A DNA stretch of 49,013 bases from Burkholderiaceae bacterium (GCA_049683695.1 JBAUJK010000142.1:1-49013); one strand, 5' to 3'; counted from the first letter of the stretch, positions 1-12,168 are shown. The notes: generated from the letters alone by a model not told the origin. Made by a program: numbers and translations.

Positions 1-373
1 GATAAGGCCAGCGCCAGTTGAAGCCGGGCAGCGACATGTGGCTGTATTTGCCGAAAGTCAGAACGACCCCGGTCTGGCCTTCCTGCACGATAAAGAATCC
101 GCTTGCCAGCCACAGGAGCGCCGCGACCACGGCCAGCACGCCGACCCCGATCCCGGTCCCCTTCATGTCGGGCGTATACCCGCCGCCGGCATCGCCGCCG
201 CCGCCGCCCTTGCGGTTACCGAACAGGCGATTCAGCCGCTGATTGAAATCGCGCCAGAGTTGGTCGAGATCGGGCGGTCCGTCATTCGGCCTTCTGCCAT
301 TCTGCTGTTGATTCTGCTGGTTTCCATCCTGCGAGCCACGTCCCCAGCGAGGGTCGTTCAGCGAGAATTTCAA
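1..373 (-). CDS. hflK: HflK (FtsH modulator), N-terminal part; the gene leaves the window at its 3' end
   Basis: Absent from the ATG-only ORF track. The reverse frame from TTG at 373 reads LKFSLNDPRWGRGSQDG..GPPDLDQLWRDFNQRL..Gly-rich..GIGVGVLAVVAALLWL..IVQEGQTGVVLTFGKY, a typical HflK N-terminus. It lies directly downstream of hflX, as in the hfq-hflX-hflK operon. The start codon is uncertain. Confidence 0.8.
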   Translation of the reverse strand, partial: MKFSLNDPRWGRGSQDGNQQNQQQNGRRPNDGPPDLDQLWRDFNQRLNRLFGNRKGGGGGDAGGGYTPDMKGTGIGVGVLAVVAALLWLASGFFIVQEGQTGVVLTFGKYSHMSLPGFNWRWPY

Positions 374-454
374 ACCATGTTTTTTTAGGAAGGAAACAAG
401 CATTCTGTAAGGATCCGGCTTTCAAGTTAGGGGTGGAATGCCCGCTAAAATCGT

Positions 455-1582
455 TCAAACGTCGGAAGCTGCCGCTGCCGGCAATGCATCGAACTGCGCC
501 ACGCCGTCCACTTTTACGCGTTCCGCAATGGCCTGGCGCAGCAAATCCAAACCGGCCCCTGTCTGTGCACTAATAAAAATCCGGCAGATTTTATCATACT
601 CGTCGTACTCGACCGCCGGCCCAAGGTCGGTCGCATCGATCTTGTTCCAGACCAAAATCTGCGGTACGTGGCTAGCCCCGATTTCGTCCAGGACCGCATT
701 GACTTCGGCGATCTGTTCGATACGCGCCGGATTGGCCGCATCCACCACATGCAACAGCAAGTCGGCATGTACGGTTTCCTCCAGAGTGGCACTAAAGGCG
801 GCAACCAGTTGATGCGGCAATTCACGGATGAAGCCGACTGTGTCCGAGATCACCACATTGCCGGCCTCACCAAGATAAATCCTGCGCGAGGTGGTATCCA
901 GCGTCGCGAACAATTGGTCGGCCGCGTACACGCCACTCTTGGTCAGCGCATTGAACAGGGTGGATTTGCCAGCATTGGTATAGCCAACCAGCGAGACTGA
1001 AAACATGTCACTGCGCTCGCGCGCGCGCCGCTGGGTAGCATGCTGGCGCCGCAGCTTGTCCAGACGGGAGCGCAGGGCCTTGACCCGCATGCCGAGCAGC
1101 CGACGGTCCGTTTCCAGCTGAGTTTCACCGGGGCCGCGCAAGCCGATACCGCCCTTTTGCCGCTCGAGGTGAGTCCAGCCGCGTACCAGGCGGGTCGACA
1201 AGTGCTGCAACTGCGCCAGCTCGACCTGGATTTTCCCCTCGTGGCTCTTGGCGCGCTGGGCGAAAATATCGAGGATCAGGCTGGTACGGTCCACGACCCT
1301 GATCTTCAACACGCGCTCCAGATTGCGTTGCTGGGCAGGCGTCAGTGCATGGTTGAAGATGGCAAGTTCGAGCTGCTGCTCGGCGACGATCTGCGCGACT
1401 TCCTGCGCCTTGCCGCTGCCGATGAACAAAGCCGTATCCGGCGCAGACCGCTTGCCGGAAATGGTGACGACCGGAGTGGCGCCGGCGGATTTCGCCAGCA
1501 GGGACAGCTCTTCCAGGCTAGCCGCAAAATCGGTCTTGCCGAAATCAAGACCGACCAGGACGGCGCGTATGCCTACGGTCAC
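455..1582 (-). CDS. hflX: GTPase HflX
   Basis: 375 aa. P-loop GYTNAGKST, DTVGF and NKID GTPase motifs; positioned immediately after hfq. Confidence 0.95.
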   Translation of the reverse strand: MTVGIRAVLVGLDFGKTDFAASLEELSLLAKSAGATPVVTISGKRSAPDTALFIGSGKAQEVAQIVAEQQLELAIFNHALTPAQQRNLERVLKIRVVDRTSLILDIFAQRAKSHEGKIQVELAQLQHLSTRLVRGWTHLERQKGGIGLRGPGETQLETDRRLLGMRVKALRSRLDKLRRQHATQRRARERSDMFSVSLVGYTNAGKSTLFNALTKSGVYAADQLFATLDTTSRRIYLGEAGNVVISDTVGFIRELPHQLVAAFSATLEETVHADLLLHVVDAANPARIEQIAEVNAVLDEIGASHVPQILVWNKIDATDLGPAVEYDEYDKICRIFISAQTGAGLDLLRQAIAERVKVDGVAQFDALPAAAASDV

Positions 1583-1607
1583 TTGTGATGAGGACGCCTT
1601 GTCAGCA

Positions 1608-1844
1608 TCAGTCAGATTCCGTCTCGACGTTCAGATTGACGGCGCGCGCCGGGACGACCGTGGAAATCGCATGCTTGTAGACCATCTGCGTCACCGTATT
1701 GCGAAGCAGGACGACATATTGATCGAAAGATTCGATGTGGCCTTGAAGCTTGATTCCATTCACGAGATAAATCGAAACGGGAACGTGCTCTTTTCTTAAG
1801 GCGTTGAGGAAGGGGTCTTGTAACAATTGCCCTTTGTTGCTCAT
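1608..1844 (-). CDS. hfq: RNA chaperone Hfq
   Basis: 78 aa; [45 protein letters not shown] is the canonical Sm1/Sm2 Hfq sequence. Confidence 0.98.
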   Translation of the reverse strand: MSNKGQLLQDPFLNALRKEHVPVSIYLVNGIKLQGHIESFDQYVVLLRNTVTQMVYKHAISTVVPARAVNLNVETESD

Positions 1845-1967
1845 GGCAGCTCCATTGTGTTGTTGTATTCAGGAGTTGGAGGCGTCTATCAAGGATTTCA
1901 AGTGCCTCGCACTGAAAGCGAATAAAGACTGTAATCGATTTCTCGATTTGCCGCCAACCGGATGGGA

Positions 1968-3317
1968 TTATTTTTGCGGGCGCTGATAAGGGTTGCGGCC
2001 GGTACGGAATTCGATCCGCATCGGCGTTCCTGTCAGCGCAAAAGTTTCGCGAAAATGCTTTTCAAGGTAACGCTTGTAATTGGCATCCACTGCGTCCAGC
2101 GCGTTGCCGTGAATCACCACGACAGGCGGATTTTTCCCCCCCTGGTGCGCATAGCGCAATTTGGGTCGGATCGCCCCCTTGCGGCGCGGCTCCTGGCGCT
2201 CGACCGCCTCAATCAGCGCGCGCGTCAGCTTCGGCGTGGTGAGGTCGGCCATCGCTGCATTGTAGGCGGCATCGACCGATTTCATCAGTGGTCCGATGCC
2301 GGTGGCTTTCAATGCGGAAATGAAATGGAATTTTGCAAAGCCAAGGAAATCCAGCTTGCGTTCGAGATCGATCTTGATCTCATCCCGCCGCGCGCTGGTC
2401 AGGCCGTCCCATTTATTGATGGCGACCACCAGCGCGCGGCCGGATTCAAGGATGAAGCCGGCGATATGCGCGTCCTGTTCCGAAATGTCCTGCTGGGCAT
2501 CGAGCAGAAGGATTACGACGTTGGCTTCGGATATCGACTGCAAAGTCTTGACCACCGAAAACTTTTCGATCGCTTCGAACACCTTGCCGCGGCGCCGGAT
2601 TCCGGCGGTATCGATCAACGTATAGTGGTGCCCGCCCCGCTCGAAGCCGATCTCGATCGAATCGCGAGTAGTCCCTGGCATGTCGAAGGCGATCACGCGC
2701 TCTTCTCCCAGCAGGGTATTGACAAGGGTCGACTTGCCGACATTCGGTCGGCCGACGATGGCAATGCGGATATCCGAGCCCGGCGGGGCCTCTGCCGTCT
2801 CTTCCTCGTTCTTAACTCCGGCCAAGGCGAGGTCGAGCGCCTCATCCACCAGTTCCATCACGCCGTCGCCATGCGCGGCCGAAATCACATAGGGGGCGCC
2901 CAGGCCAAGTTCGTAGAAATCGGCGGCGACCGTCGTGTACTTCATTCCCTCCGATTTATTGATCACCAGCATGACTGGCCGTCCGGCCTTTCGCAGGAAA
3001 TCGGTGATGGTCTTGTCATGCGGCGTCAGGCCCTGGCGGCCGTCGACGATGAAAATCACGACATCGGCTTCGGCCACCGCTTGGCGCGTCTGCTTGGCCA
3101 TTTCATGCAGAATGCCGTCTTTCGCCACCGGCTCGAAGCCGCCGGTATCGATCACCAGAAAAGGACGTTCGCCGAGCCGGCCGTTGCCGTAGTGCCGGTC
3201 CCGCGTCAATCCGGGAAGATCCGCCACCAGCGCGTCGCGCGAGCGCGTCAGGCGATTGAACAGCGTCGATTTGCCGACGTTGGGACGGCCTACCAGGGCG
3301 ATAACCGGTTTCATCAA
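1968..3317 (-). CDS. der: Ribosome-associated GTPase Der/EngA (tandem GTPase domains)
   Basis: 449 aa with two P-loops (GRPNVGKST twice) and a KH-like C-terminus. Confidence 0.95.
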   Translation of the reverse strand: MMKPVIALVGRPNVGKSTLFNRLTRSRDALVADLPGLTRDRHYGNGRLGERPFLVIDTGGFEPVAKDGILHEMAKQTRQAVAEADVVIFIVDGRQGLTPHDKTITDFLRKAGRPVMLVINKSEGMKYTTVAADFYELGLGAPYVISAAHGDGVMELVDEALDLALAGVKNEEETAEAPPGSDIRIAIVGRPNVGKSTLVNTLLGEERVIAFDMPGTTRDSIEIGFERGGHHYTLIDTAGIRRRGKVFEAIEKFSVVKTLQSISEANVVILLLDAQQDISEQDAHIAGFILESGRALVVAINKWDGLTSARRDEIKIDLERKLDFLGFAKFHFISALKATGIGPLMKSVDAAYNAAMADLTTPKLTRALIEAVERQEPRRKGAIRPKLRYAHQGGKNPPVVVIHGNALDAVDANYKRYLEKHFRETFALTGTPMRIEFRTGRNPYQRPQK

Positions 3318-3322
3318 ATCCT

Positions 3323-4480
3323 TTAATCGATACTCAGGGCGACCACCGCTCCGGCTTGCGTCTGGACCACAAGATTGTTGCCGGCTACTACCGGTGCAGC
3401 GAGTACCGGACTGCCGTCGGTGCCAATACGGGCGGTGAAGGAACCGTCTTCCTGCGACAGAAAGTGCACGTAGCCCTGATAATCGCCGACGGCGACCGCG
3501 CGCCCGAACGACGCAGGCGTGGTCAGCCGGCGGAAAGCCAGCTTGTCATTGCGCCAGGCGCCGGCGCCGCTCTGGCGCGCAAAGGCGTTGACCGCGCCGC
3601 GCTCATCGGCGGCGAACACGAAGCGCTGATTGGCTGCCACGCCGACATAGCTGGAAAATTCCTTGAACCAGCGCGCCGAACCGCTGTTGATGTCAAAACA
3701 GCCGATCCGGCCCTGATAGGCAACCGCGCATACTTCATCATCGACGATCACCGGCGTCCCGGAGGCATCGGCGATACGTTCCAGCTCAGTGGTCCCACGC
3801 GGATCGCCGATCGCCACTTCCCAACGCGGGCCGCCATTGCCGAGCGCCAGCGCCGACAGGCGCCCGCCCGGCAAGGCGACAAAGGCGGTGTCTCCGCTGA
3901 TGACGATACCTGGCGCTGCGCGCAGCGTCAGCGACGGGATCGACCGTTGTATCAGCCAGCGGCGTGTACCGCTCCCGGCGTCATAGGCAGCGACGTGATT
4001 GTCCAGGCTGCGCACGATCACCATGCCGCGGCCGACTGCGGGCGCGGACAATATTTCGCTGCTGGCCTGCGCCTTCCAGCGGAATTTGCCATTGCCATCG
4101 AACACCAGCAACTCGCCTTTTTCTCCCGCCACAGCAACCGTTTCGCCATCCGTGCCAACCCCCGCCGTCAGCGGGCTGTCGGCCTTGATCCGCCACACCA
4201 CCGCGCCGCTGGCGGCATCGATGCGCATCAGCGACCCGTCGGCGGAAGCGGCGAACACGCTGCCGTTCGCAACCGCCGGCGCAAACGCGTGGGTGGTGGC
4301 GGAGCCGACCGCGGTCGACCAGACCGTGCGCGCAGTCAGTGTCGGCTTGAACTCGACCAGTGCCGCCGGCGGATTCAGGGGCGGCGCCTTGCGGGCGAAA
4401 GGATTCAGCGACGACAACGTGGAACAGCCTGCCAACAAGGCCAACGCCCCGGCTCCGAACAGCTTGACGGCAATATGCAT
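3323..4480 (-). CDS. bamB: Outer-membrane assembly lipoprotein BamB (PQQ-like beta-propeller)
   Basis: Start trimmed to [19 protein letters not shown] (lipobox LAGC), preceded by AGGGGAAAAG. Repeated propeller blades. Conserved position between yfgM and der. Confidence 0.85.
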   Translation of the reverse strand: MHIAVKLFGAGALALLAGCSTLSSLNPFARKAPPLNPPAALVEFKPTLTARTVWSTAVGSATTHAFAPAVANGSVFAASADGSLMRIDAASGAVVWRIKADSPLTAGVGTDGETVAVAGEKGELLVFDGNGKFRWKAQASSEILSAPAVGRGMVIVRSLDNHVAAYDAGSGTRRWLIQRSIPSLTLRAAPGIVISGDTAFVALPGGRLSALALGNGGPRWEVAIGDPRGTTELERIADASGTPVIVDDEVCAVAYQGRIGCFDINSGSARWFKEFSSYVGVAANQRFVFAADERGAVNAFARQSGAGAWRNDKLAFRRLTTPASFGRAVAVGDYQGYVHFLSQEDGSFTARIGTDGSPVLAAPVVAGNNLVVQTQAGAVVALSID

Positions 4481-4512
4481 CTTTTCCCCTGTTTGTTCTG
4501 CTTTCGAGAGCA

Positions 4513-5163
4513 TCAGGCGGCGCCCTTGTCCGCCGCGCCGCCAAGCGCATCCAGTTTCAACTGGACGAACTGGCGCCCGGGATTCTTCTGATCCATTTTT
4601 TGTAGCGCGCTCTGATAGGCGCTGCGCGCTTCGTCAAGCTTGTTTTGCGCAAACAGAATATCGCCGCGGCGATCAGCGACCGCGCTTTCGAACGCCGGTG
4701 GGAACGAACCCGACAGGACCTTCAACCCATCGTCGTACGCCTTTTCATCGAGATAGATGCCGGCCAGGCGGATCTTCGCGATCGCCTGGTATTCCGGGTC
4801 GCGCCCCTTGTCGGCGGCCCATTGCAGCTGCGCCTGGGCGCTCTTCACGTCATTCGCCTCGAAAGCCGACTTGGCGGCGGCCAGCGCCGCCATCTGCGCG
4901 TAGATGGTGCCGGAGAACTTCTCTTCCATGTCGCCCGCGGCACGCAAGACCTTGGCGTTGTCCTTGGCATTGACAGCCTTCTGCAATTCGTCATACAGCT
5001 GCGACGCCTGTACCGCCTGGTTTCTCTGGTAAAAATTCCAGCCGGCCCATGCCGCATAGGCCCCCAGGCAAACGATCAGCACCCACGTGAGCAGATTGCC
5101 GTACTGATTCCACCATGCCTTGAGACTGGCGAGCTGTTCCTGTTCTTCGAGATCGTATGCCAT
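4513..5163 (-). CDS. YfgM-like membrane-anchored TPR protein (ancillary SecYEG/chaperone factor family)
   Basis: 216 aa. N-terminal LKAWWNQYGN motif plus one TM helix, then a TPR-like region. Conserved hisS-yfgM-bamB-der order. Confidence 0.7.
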   Translation of the reverse strand: MAYDLEEQEQLASLKAWWNQYGNLLTWVLIVCLGAYAAWAGWNFYQRNQAVQASQLYDELQKAVNAKDNAKVLRAAGDMEEKFSGTIYAQMAALAAAKSAFEANDVKSAQAQLQWAADKGRDPEYQAIAKIRLAGIYLDEKAYDDGLKVLSGSFPPAFESAVADRRGDILFAQNKLDEARSAYQSALQKMDQKNPGRQFVQLKLDALGGAADKGAA

Positions 5164-5174
5164 GATGAAACGTA

Positions 5175-6524
5175 TTAAGGGTGGTAGTGGATATGGTCGT
5201 GGCCGTCTTCGCCATGCGCGCCGCCGACGATCTGCTCCACCAGATGGTCGACCACCGAGTCGAAGGCAACCGTGGTTTGCTGCGGACCGTCGCTGGCGCG
5301 CAGCGTCTTGACGGCCGCGGCACCGGCCTTGATTTCATCCTCGCCGAGGATGACCGCAAAGGCGGCGCCACTGGCGTCGGCCCGCTTCATTTGCGACTTG
5401 AAGCTGCTGGCGGCGTTTGCCGAGGCGCAATGTAGCACAACATCCAGGCCGGCATCGCGTAAACGCTCGGCCAGCACGAAAGCCTGGAGCTGCGCTTCCT
5501 CGCCCTGGTGCACCAGGTAGACGTCGCATTGATTCGGGGTTGCCTGTTCGCCATTGGCGCGCATCAGTTCGAGCACGCGCTCGACGCCGATCGCAAAACC
5601 GCAGGCCGGTGTCGGCTTGCCGCCGAACATTTCGATCAGCGGATCGTAGCGGCCGCCGCCACAAACAGTGCCCTGCGCCCCCAACTGATCGGTGATCCAC
5701 TCGAACACCGTGCGGTTGTAATAGTCCATTCCGCGTACCAGGCGCGGATTGATCGAAAATGGAATGTTGTTGTAACGTAAAATCCTCTGCACGCCCTCGA
5801 AGTGCGCACGTGACTCTTCGCCCAGATAGTCGAGCAGGCGCGGCGCCGCGTCGATCATCTGCTGCATGGCCGGATTCTTGCTGTCGAGGATGCGCAGCGG
5901 ATTGCTGTGCAGCCGCCGTTGCGCATCCGCATCCAGCAAGTCGCGATGCTGCTCGAAATAGGCAATCAGATCGATCCGGTGCCGGTTGCGCTCCGCGGCA
6001 TCGCCGATCGAATTCAGCTCCAGCCGGATATCCGGCAGCCCGAGGTCGTCCCACAGCCGCCGGCACAGCATGATCAGCTCGGCGTCGACGTCGGGGCCGC
6101 CGAAACCGATTGCCTCGGCGCCGACCTGGTGGAACTGGCGATAGCGGCCGCGCTGCGGACGCTCGTGCCGGAACATCGGTCCCGCATACCACAGCCGCTT
6201 CGGACCATCATAGGTCAGGTTATGCTCCAGCACCGAGCGCACCACGCAGGCGGTGCTCTCCGGCCTCAGGGTCAGCTGATCGCCGTTCATCGAATCGGTA
6301 AACGAATACATTTCCTTTTCGACGATGTCGGTCACCTCGCCCAATCCACGTGCGAACAGCGCGGTAGATTCGACGATCGGCGTGCGGATCTGCTGAAAAC
6401 CGTAGCTTTTCAGCACCGATTGCGCCGTGTTCTCGAACAGCTCCCACAAGGGGGCGTCCGCCGGCAGGATGTCGTTCATCCCCTTGACGCCGACGATTTT
6501 TTCCAGTTTTTTGCTTTCCGCCAT
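5175..6524 (-). CDS. hisS: Histidine--tRNA ligase, with an unusual His-rich C-terminal tail
   Basis: 449 aa. Class II aaRS motifs ([25 protein letters not shown]). Ends ..[16 protein letters not shown]. Confidence 0.95.
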   Translation of the reverse strand: MAESKKLEKIVGVKGMNDILPADAPLWELFENTAQSVLKSYGFQQIRTPIVESTALFARGLGEVTDIVEKEMYSFTDSMNGDQLTLRPESTACVVRSVLEHNLTYDGPKRLWYAGPMFRHERPQRGRYRQFHQVGAEAIGFGGPDVDAELIMLCRRLWDDLGLPDIRLELNSIGDAAERNRHRIDLIAYFEQHRDLLDADAQRRLHSNPLRILDSKNPAMQQMIDAAPRLLDYLGEESRAHFEGVQRILRYNNIPFSINPRLVRGMDYYNRTVFEWITDQLGAQGTVCGGGRYDPLIEMFGGKPTPACGFAIGVERVLELMRANGEQATPNQCDVYLVHQGEEAQLQAFVLAERLRDAGLDVVLHCASANAASSFKSQMKRADASGAAFAVILGEDEIKAGAAAVKTLRASDGPQQTTVAFDSVVDHLVEQIVGGAHGEDGHDHIHYHP

Positions 6525-6575
6525 TGTTTTTGCAAGAGTTGGCGGCGCGCCCCTAGGCGCGCCAGGAGGGAAGAT

Positions 6576-7841
6576 TCAGTGTGCCGACGCTTTGCCGTAA
6601 CGCGTCTTTACATAGGACAAGACGATTTCCTGAAATTCTTCGGCAATCCGCTCACCGCGCAAGGTGAGCTTCTTTTCGCCGTCGACGAAGACCGGCGCTG
6701 CCGGCGATTCGCCGGTACCCGGCAGGCTGATGCCGATGTTGGCATGCTTGGATTCGCCCGGGCCATTGACGATGCAGCCCATCACCGCCACGTTCATGTT
6801 TTCGACGCCGGGATACTGCTCTTTCCAGACCGGCATCTGCTCGCGCAAATAAGTCTGGATCTTGTCGGCGAGATCCTGGAAAACGGTCGAGGTGGTGCGG
6901 CCGCAGCCGGGACAGGCGATCACCATCGGCGTGAACTTGCGCAGGCCCATGGTCTGCAGAATTTCCTGCGCCACGATCACTTCCCGGGTGCGGTCGCCGC
7001 CGGGTTCCGGCGTCAGCGAAACGCGGATGGTGTCGCCGATGCCTTCCTGCAGCAGCACCGCCAGCGCGGCGGTCGAAGCGACGATCCCCTTGCTGCCCAT
7101 GCCGGCTTCGGTCAATCCCAGGTGTAGCGGATAGTCACAGCGGCGTGCCAGTTCGCGGTAGACCGCGATCAGATCCTGCACGCCTGAAACCTTGCACGAC
7201 AGGATGATGCGGTCGCCCGGCAAGCCCAGTTCCTCGGCGCGTCGGGCGTTTTCGATCGCCGAGGTGATCAGCGCCTCGTACATCACCGCCTGCGCATCCC
7301 ACGGCTGCGGACGGCGGGCATTTTCATCCATCGTGCGCGCCAGCAGCGCCTGATCGAGGCTGCCCCAATTGACACCGATACGCACCGGCTTGCCATACCG
7401 GCAGGCCACTTCGATCATCTGGGCAAACTGCGTGTCGCGCTTGGCACCCTGGCCGACGTTGCCGGGATTGATGCGGTACTTCGACAGCGCCTGCGCGCAT
7501 TCCGGAAAGTCGTGCAGCAGCCGATGGCCGTTGTAGTGGAAATCGCCGACCAGCGGCACGTCGATTCCCATGCGATCGAGCTGTTCGCGGATGGCCGGCA
7601 CCGCCGCCGCCGATTCCGGATTGTTGACGGTGATGCGCACCAGCTCGGAGCCCGCGCGCGCCAGTTCCTTGACCTGGATCGCGGTGCCGATCACGTCGGC
7701 GGTATCGGTATTGGTCATCGACTGCACCACTACCGGCGCGCCGCCGCCGACTGCGATTTCACGCGTCCCGTAGCAGATGCCGACGCGTCGGGTTAGGCGG
7801 CGAACCGCAGGGCCGGAAGAAATCGGCAGAGTGGGAGACAT
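6576..7841 (-). CDS. ispG: 4-hydroxy-3-methylbut-2-en-1-yl diphosphate synthase (MEP pathway)
   Basis: 421 aa. IACPGCGRT and GCIVNGPGE Fe-S cysteine motifs typical of IspG/GcpE. Confidence 0.95.
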   Translation of the reverse strand: MSPTLPISSGPAVRRLTRRVGICYGTREIAVGGGAPVVVQSMTNTDTADVIGTAIQVKELARAGSELVRITVNNPESAAAVPAIREQLDRMGIDVPLVGDFHYNGHRLLHDFPECAQALSKYRINPGNVGQGAKRDTQFAQMIEVACRYGKPVRIGVNWGSLDQALLARTMDENARRPQPWDAQAVMYEALITSAIENARRAEELGLPGDRIILSCKVSGVQDLIAVYRELARRCDYPLHLGLTEAGMGSKGIVASTAALAVLLQEGIGDTIRVSLTPEPGGDRTREVIVAQEILQTMGLRKFTPMVIACPGCGRTTSTVFQDLADKIQTYLREQMPVWKEQYPGVENMNVAVMGCIVNGPGESKHANIGISLPGTGESPAAPVFVDGEKKLTLRGERIAEEFQEIVLSYVKTRYGKASAH

Positions 7842-7847
7842 GCTTGG

Positions 7848-8783
7848 CTATTTCAGGTTGATGCGCGCGACATTGGTGGACGTGGTGGATTTCAGGTCCA
7901 GCGGCGCATTGCGCAAACTCGCCTCGACTCCGGCGACGTTACCGACCACCAGCAGCACCGGCTCGGCAATTTCAAAGGTTTCGGTAGTCCCTGCCTTGGC
8001 CAGGCGCGACACCATGACGCTGCTGTCCTGGCGCTTGATTTCGATCCAAGAATCCTGGTGCACGGTCAAATTCAACTGGTTGTCGGCGACCGCAGTCGGG
8101 GCAACGGCCGGCTGCGGCACGGCGCCGACCGGCTCCGTCCTAGCCGGAACGGCCGCTTCAGCCGGCGCGGGTTGCGGCCTTTCGGCGGCAGGAGGCATTG
8201 CTTCGACCGTCGGTGCGGGCTCGACGGCCGCCAACGGCGGCGCCGCTTCTACGCCCGCGATCCGCGCCTCTGGCGCCGACGCCGGGCTCGGCTCCGCAAG
8301 CCAGGCCGCCACCGCTTCCGGCAGGACCGCATGCCAGTCGGCACGCTGCGCTCCCCAGATGCCGACTGCCGCCGCACCAAGCAGCAGCAACACCGGCAGC
8401 CAGGTCCAAGACGTCTTCGGTGCATGCATCGACGGCAGCCGGGTTTCGGAAAACGGCTCCGATAGAGGCCGCTGCTGCCGTATCGATTCGATCGGCGAGC
8501 GGATGTCGGCGCTGACCATCGCCAGCAATGGCGCCGGATCCATCTTCAGCAAGCGGGCGTAGCTACGGATGAAGCCGCGCGCCACCATCGCACCCGGCAA
8601 GGCATCGAGGCGGTCGGTTTCCAGCGCCTCGATCTGGCGCGGCGCCAGCTTCAGCTGCGCCGCCACCTGCTCGATCGTCCAGCCCGCCGCCTGGCGCCGC
8701 TCGGCGAGTTGCTGTCCCGGCGACGGCTGCGCCGGCAAAGCGGCAGCTCCGTCGATCGGCGGCGTCACATCGTCGTCACTCAT
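7848..8783 (-). CDS. rodZ: RodZ-like cytoskeleton protein (XRE-type HTH, TM helix, Pro/Ala-rich linker, DUF4115-like C-terminus)
   Basis: 311 aa. HTH region WTIEQVAAQLKLAPRQIEALE, a TM segment WTWLPVLLLLGAAAVGIW, and a conserved position upstream of ispG. Confidence 0.7.
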   Translation of the reverse strand: MSDDDVTPPIDGAAALPAQPSPGQQLAERRQAAGWTIEQVAAQLKLAPRQIEALETDRLDALPGAMVARGFIRSYARLLKMDPAPLLAMVSADIRSPIESIRQQRPLSEPFSETRLPSMHAPKTSWTWLPVLLLLGAAAVGIWGAQRADWHAVLPEAVAAWLAEPSPASAPEARIAGVEAAPPLAAVEPAPTVEAMPPAAERPQPAPAEAAVPARTEPVGAVPQPAVAPTAVADNQLNLTVHQDSWIEIKRQDSSVMVSRLAKAGTTETFEIAEPVLLVVGNVAGVEASLRNAPLDLKSTTSTNVARINLK

Positions 8784-9582
8784 CGAATGCTCCGCGCAGG
8801 TACGCCGCGTATTCCTGCGATTCCGGGTAACGGCGGCGCAACTGCGTTACCAGGCTGGCTTCCGCCGCACGCCGTCCCAGCTTGCGCTCGATCTTGATCC
8901 CGGTCCATAGGATGTCGGGGGTCGGAATTTCCGCCTTGGTCGCGCGATCGATATAGAAACGGGCGCGCTCGTCATTGCCCTGCAGGAAATAGACCTTGGC
9001 CAGATTGGCGTTCACCGACGGATTGCCGGGTTCGTACTGGAAGGCCTGGGTGAAATAGCGTTCGGCAGCGGCTTGATCCTTCAGCTTCAGGCTGCAGACG
9101 CCGGCATTGTTCAAGGCTTTCGCCGGCGATTGATAGGCCTTGTTGGCCAGCGCCGTTTCGAAATACGGGATCGCCTCCTTCTCGCGCCCGTTCTGGCACA
9201 GGAACCAACCGTAGTTGTTGGCGAAATCCGGGTTCCCGGGCTGCAGCCGCAACGCGCGCAGCAGATTTTCATCGGCCAGCCGGGTTTCGCCGATGTCCAT
9301 GTAGATCAGGCCGCGCAGGCCATAGGCGTCGGCAAAGGCCGGATCGGCCTGCAGCGCCTTCTTGATCTCATCGAGCGCGGTATCCAGCTGGCGCTGGCCG
9401 TAGTAGCCGATCGCCAGCTGCAGGCGGATCCTGGCGCGCTTCTGATCGTCGGTCTGATCCGAACTGGTACGCAATTCTGCCTGCGGGCCGCTGTTGACCC
9501 CGGGTTCGGTCCCGGCGCATCCAGCCAGCACGGCCAGCACCAAGGTCAGGCTGACCGACAGGCGCCCTGCTGTCCGCATCAC
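8776..9582 (-). CDS. pilW: Type IV pilus biogenesis/stability TPR lipoprotein (PilW/PilF family)
   Basis: 268 aa. Lipobox LAGC near the N-terminus, TPR repeats, ATGA overlap with the rlmN stop. Confidence 0.7.
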   Translation of the reverse strand: MMRTAGRLSVSLTLVLAVLAGCAGTEPGVNSGPQAELRTSSDQTDDQKRARIRLQLAIGYYGQRQLDTALDEIKKALQADPAFADAYGLRGLIYMDIGETRLADENLLRALRLQPGNPDFANNYGWFLCQNGREKEAIPYFETALANKAYQSPAKALNNAGVCSLKLKDQAAAERYFTQAFQYEPGNPSVNANLAKVYFLQGNDERARFYIDRATKAEIPTPDILWTGIKIERKLGRRAAEASLVTQLRRRYPESQEYAAYLRGAFDE

Positions 9583-10763
9583 GAAGGAATCTCCACCAGG
9601 CGCCCGAAATCCTTCCCGTATTTTTGCTGGTATTCGGTCATTTTCTGCATGCGCTCCCGTACCCTGGTTCTATCCTTCACCTCGCCGGCCAGTTGGCCGC
9701 AAGCGGCGTCGATATCGTCGCCGCGCGTCTTGCGGATAGTGGTCACGATGCCGGCATCCATCAGGATCTGGGCGAACGCCTTGATGCGTGCGTTGCCTGA
9801 GCGCTTCAGCCCTGACTCGGGGAAGGGATTGAACGGAATCAAATTGAATTTGCATGGTACGGCGTCGGGACCGTCCTGCACAAGGGCAAGCAGTTCACGC
9901 GCGTGGGCGTCGCTGTCATTGACGCCGTCGAGCATGCAGTACTCGAAAGTCACGAAGTCGCGCGGCGCGTAGTCCAGATAGCGGCGGCAGGCTGCCATCA
10001 GTTCGGACAGCGGGTGCTTCCGGTTCAGCGGCACCAGGCTGTCGCGCAAGGCGTCGTTCGACGCATGTAGCGAGACCGCCAGCGCCACCGGACATTCCAG
10101 CGCCAGCTTGTCGATCATCGGCACCACGCCGCTGGTGGAAACAGTCACACGCCGGCGCGACAGGCCGTAGGCGGTATCGTCCAGCATGATCTTCAAGGCG
10201 CTGACGACCGGCTGAAAATTGAGGAGCGGTTCGCCCATGCCCATCATCACCACGTTGGTGATCTGGCGCTCGCCCTTCGGGCCGCACTCGACGCCCTTGC
10301 TCCGGCGCAGCATGAATTCGGCCAGCCACAGCTGACCGATGATTTCGCCGACCGTCAGGTTGCGGCTGAAGCCCTGCTTGCCGGTCGAGCAGAAACGGCA
10401 GTTCACCGCGCAGCCGGCCTGGGTCGAGATGCACAGCGTGCCGCGGTTCTCCTCGGGGATGAACACCATTTCGACGGCATTGCCCTGGCCGACGTCCAGC
10501 AGCCACTTGCGCGTGCCATCGGCCGACAGGTGGTCGCTGATGATGGCGGGCGCGACCACATGCGCGCGCGCCGCGAGCTTGTCGCGCAGGGATTTGGCGA
10601 CATCCGTCATCGCCTGGAAATCTTCGCAGCCGGACTGGTGGATCCAGCGCTGCAGCTGCTTGGCACGCATCTTGACGCGGCGCGGCTCCTCGCCCAGGTC
10701 GAGGCAGAAGGCGGCGAGCTGGGAAGAATCCAGATTCAGCAGATTGACGAGTTCGGCGGTCAT
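9579..10763 (-). CDS. rlmN: 23S rRNA/tRNA A2503 C2-methyltransferase RlmN (radical SAM)
   Basis: 394 aa. Radical-SAM motif [11 protein letters not shown] and C-terminal [11 protein letters not shown]. Confidence 0.95.
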   Translation of the reverse strand: MTAELVNLLNLDSSQLAAFCLDLGEEPRRVKMRAKQLQRWIHQSGCEDFQAMTDVAKSLRDKLAARAHVVAPAIISDHLSADGTRKWLLDVGQGNAVEMVFIPEENRGTLCISTQAGCAVNCRFCSTGKQGFSRNLTVGEIIGQLWLAEFMLRRSKGVECGPKGERQITNVVMMGMGEPLLNFQPVVSALKIMLDDTAYGLSRRRVTVSTSGVVPMIDKLALECPVALAVSLHASNDALRDSLVPLNRKHPLSELMAACRRYLDYAPRDFVTFEYCMLDGVNDSDAHARELLALVQDGPDAVPCKFNLIPFNPFPESGLKRSGNARIKAFAQILMDAGIVTTIRKTRGDDIDAACGQLAGEVKDRTRVRERMQKMTEYQQKYGKDFGRLVEIPS

Positions 10764-10811
10764 GGCGATGCGGTGCGCCGCTCGCCGTCAGGCAGCGAGC
10801 GGCAGTGGGTA

Positions 10812-11237
10812 TCAGCGCGAATAGATGTTCAGCGCAGGGAAGAAATAGGCGATTTCGACTTGGGCGGTTTCCGCCGCGTCCGAGCCGTGCACGGCGTTGG
10901 CGTCGATGGAATCGGCGAAATCGGCACGGATGGTACCCTTGTCGGCCTTCTTCGGATCGGTCGCGCCCATCAGCTCACGGTTCTTGGCAATCGCTCCTTC
11001 GCCTTCCAGCACTTGCACCATCACCGGACCGGATACCATGAAGTCGACTAGGTCCTTGAAGAACGGACGTTCCCGATGTACCGCGTAAAAACCTTCGGCT
11101 TCGGCGCGCGACAGCTGCGCCATGCGGGCGGCAATCACCTTCAGGCCGGCGTTTTCAAAACGCGTATAGATCTGGCCGATGACGTTTTTCGCGACTGCGT
11201 CCGGCTTGATGATCGACAGGGTACGTTCGATTGCCAT
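10812..11237 (-). CDS. ndk: Nucleoside diphosphate kinase
   Basis: Start trimmed to [15 protein letters not shown] (141 aa). Catalytic NAVHGSD motif. Confidence 0.97.
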   Translation of the reverse strand: MAIERTLSIIKPDAVAKNVIGQIYTRFENAGLKVIAARMAQLSRAEAEGFYAVHRERPFFKDLVDFMVSGPVMVQVLEGEGAIAKNRELMGATDPKKADKGTIRADFADSIDANAVHGSDAAETAQVEIAYFFPALNIYSR

Positions 11238-11444
11238 CTGTAAAAACTCCAATGAAATGAAAGGGTTAAGGAAATCAGTTAAAAATTTGATTAACCACGA
11301 ATTTTATCATGAAACCCTACCCCTCACGAAACGCGGAAAACCGCGGGCGGCACCGCCAAATCCGGCACGGCGCCGCCGGTCCTATATACTGAGGCTTCGG
11401 ATGAACCGCAATGAGCCGCATCCTGCGGCCAACCTGGAGGCAAA

Positions 11445-12149
11445 ATGAACCCGAACATTCCGCAGACTACCTATGGCAGCAGCGGCACCGCCGGTACCGC
11501 ACTGGCAGTGCGCAACCGCGTGCTGCGCAATACCTACTGGCTGCTGGCACTGTCGATGCTGCCGACGATCCTCGGCGCCTGGGTCGGCGTGCAGATGAAT
11601 TTCTCGCTGTTCGCCGGCAGCCCGATGATCGGCTTCCTCGCCTTCCTGGCGATCGCCTTCGGCTTCATCTTCGCCATCGAGAAGACCAAGACTTCCGGCC
11701 TCGGCGTCGCCGTGCTGCTCGGTTTCACCTTTTTCATGGGCTTGATGCTGTCGCGCCTGATCGGCTACGTGCTCGGCTTTTCCAACGGCGCCACGCTGAT
11801 CATGACCGCGTTCGGCGGCACGGCAGCGATCTTCGGCGTGATGGCGAGCGTCGCCACGGTATCCAAGCGCGATTTCTCCGGCATGGGCAAGTGGTTGTTC
11901 GCCGGCGTGCTGGTGATCCTGCTGGCAGCGGCGGCCAATATCTTCCTGCAGCTGCCGGCACTGTATCTGACCATCTCGGTGGTGGCGATCGCCATTTTTT
12001 CCGCCTACATCCTGTACGACGTGCAGCGGGTCATCAATGGCGGCGAAACTAACTATATTTCGGCCACGCTGGCGATCTACCTGGACCTGTACAACATCTT
12101 CGCCAACCTGCTGTCGCTGCTCGGGATCTTCGGCGGCAGCCGCGACTGA
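11445..12149 (+). CDS. Bax inhibitor-1/YccA family membrane protein
   Basis: 234 aa, about 7 TM helices. LRNTYWLLALSM motif; GGAGG RBS upstream. Confidence 0.85.
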   Translation: MNPNIPQTTYGSSGTAGTALAVRNRVLRNTYWLLALSMLPTILGAWVGVQMNFSLFAGSPMIGFLAFLAIAFGFIFAIEKTKTSGLGVAVLLGFTFFMGLMLSRLIGYVLGFSNGATLIMTAFGGTAAIFGVMASVATVSKRDFSGMGKWLFAGVLVILLAAAANIFLQLPALYLTISVVAIAIFSAYILYDVQRVINGGETNYISATLAIYLDLYNIFANLLSLLGIFGGSRD

Positions 12150-12168
12150 GCACTACCGTTTTCGCGCC

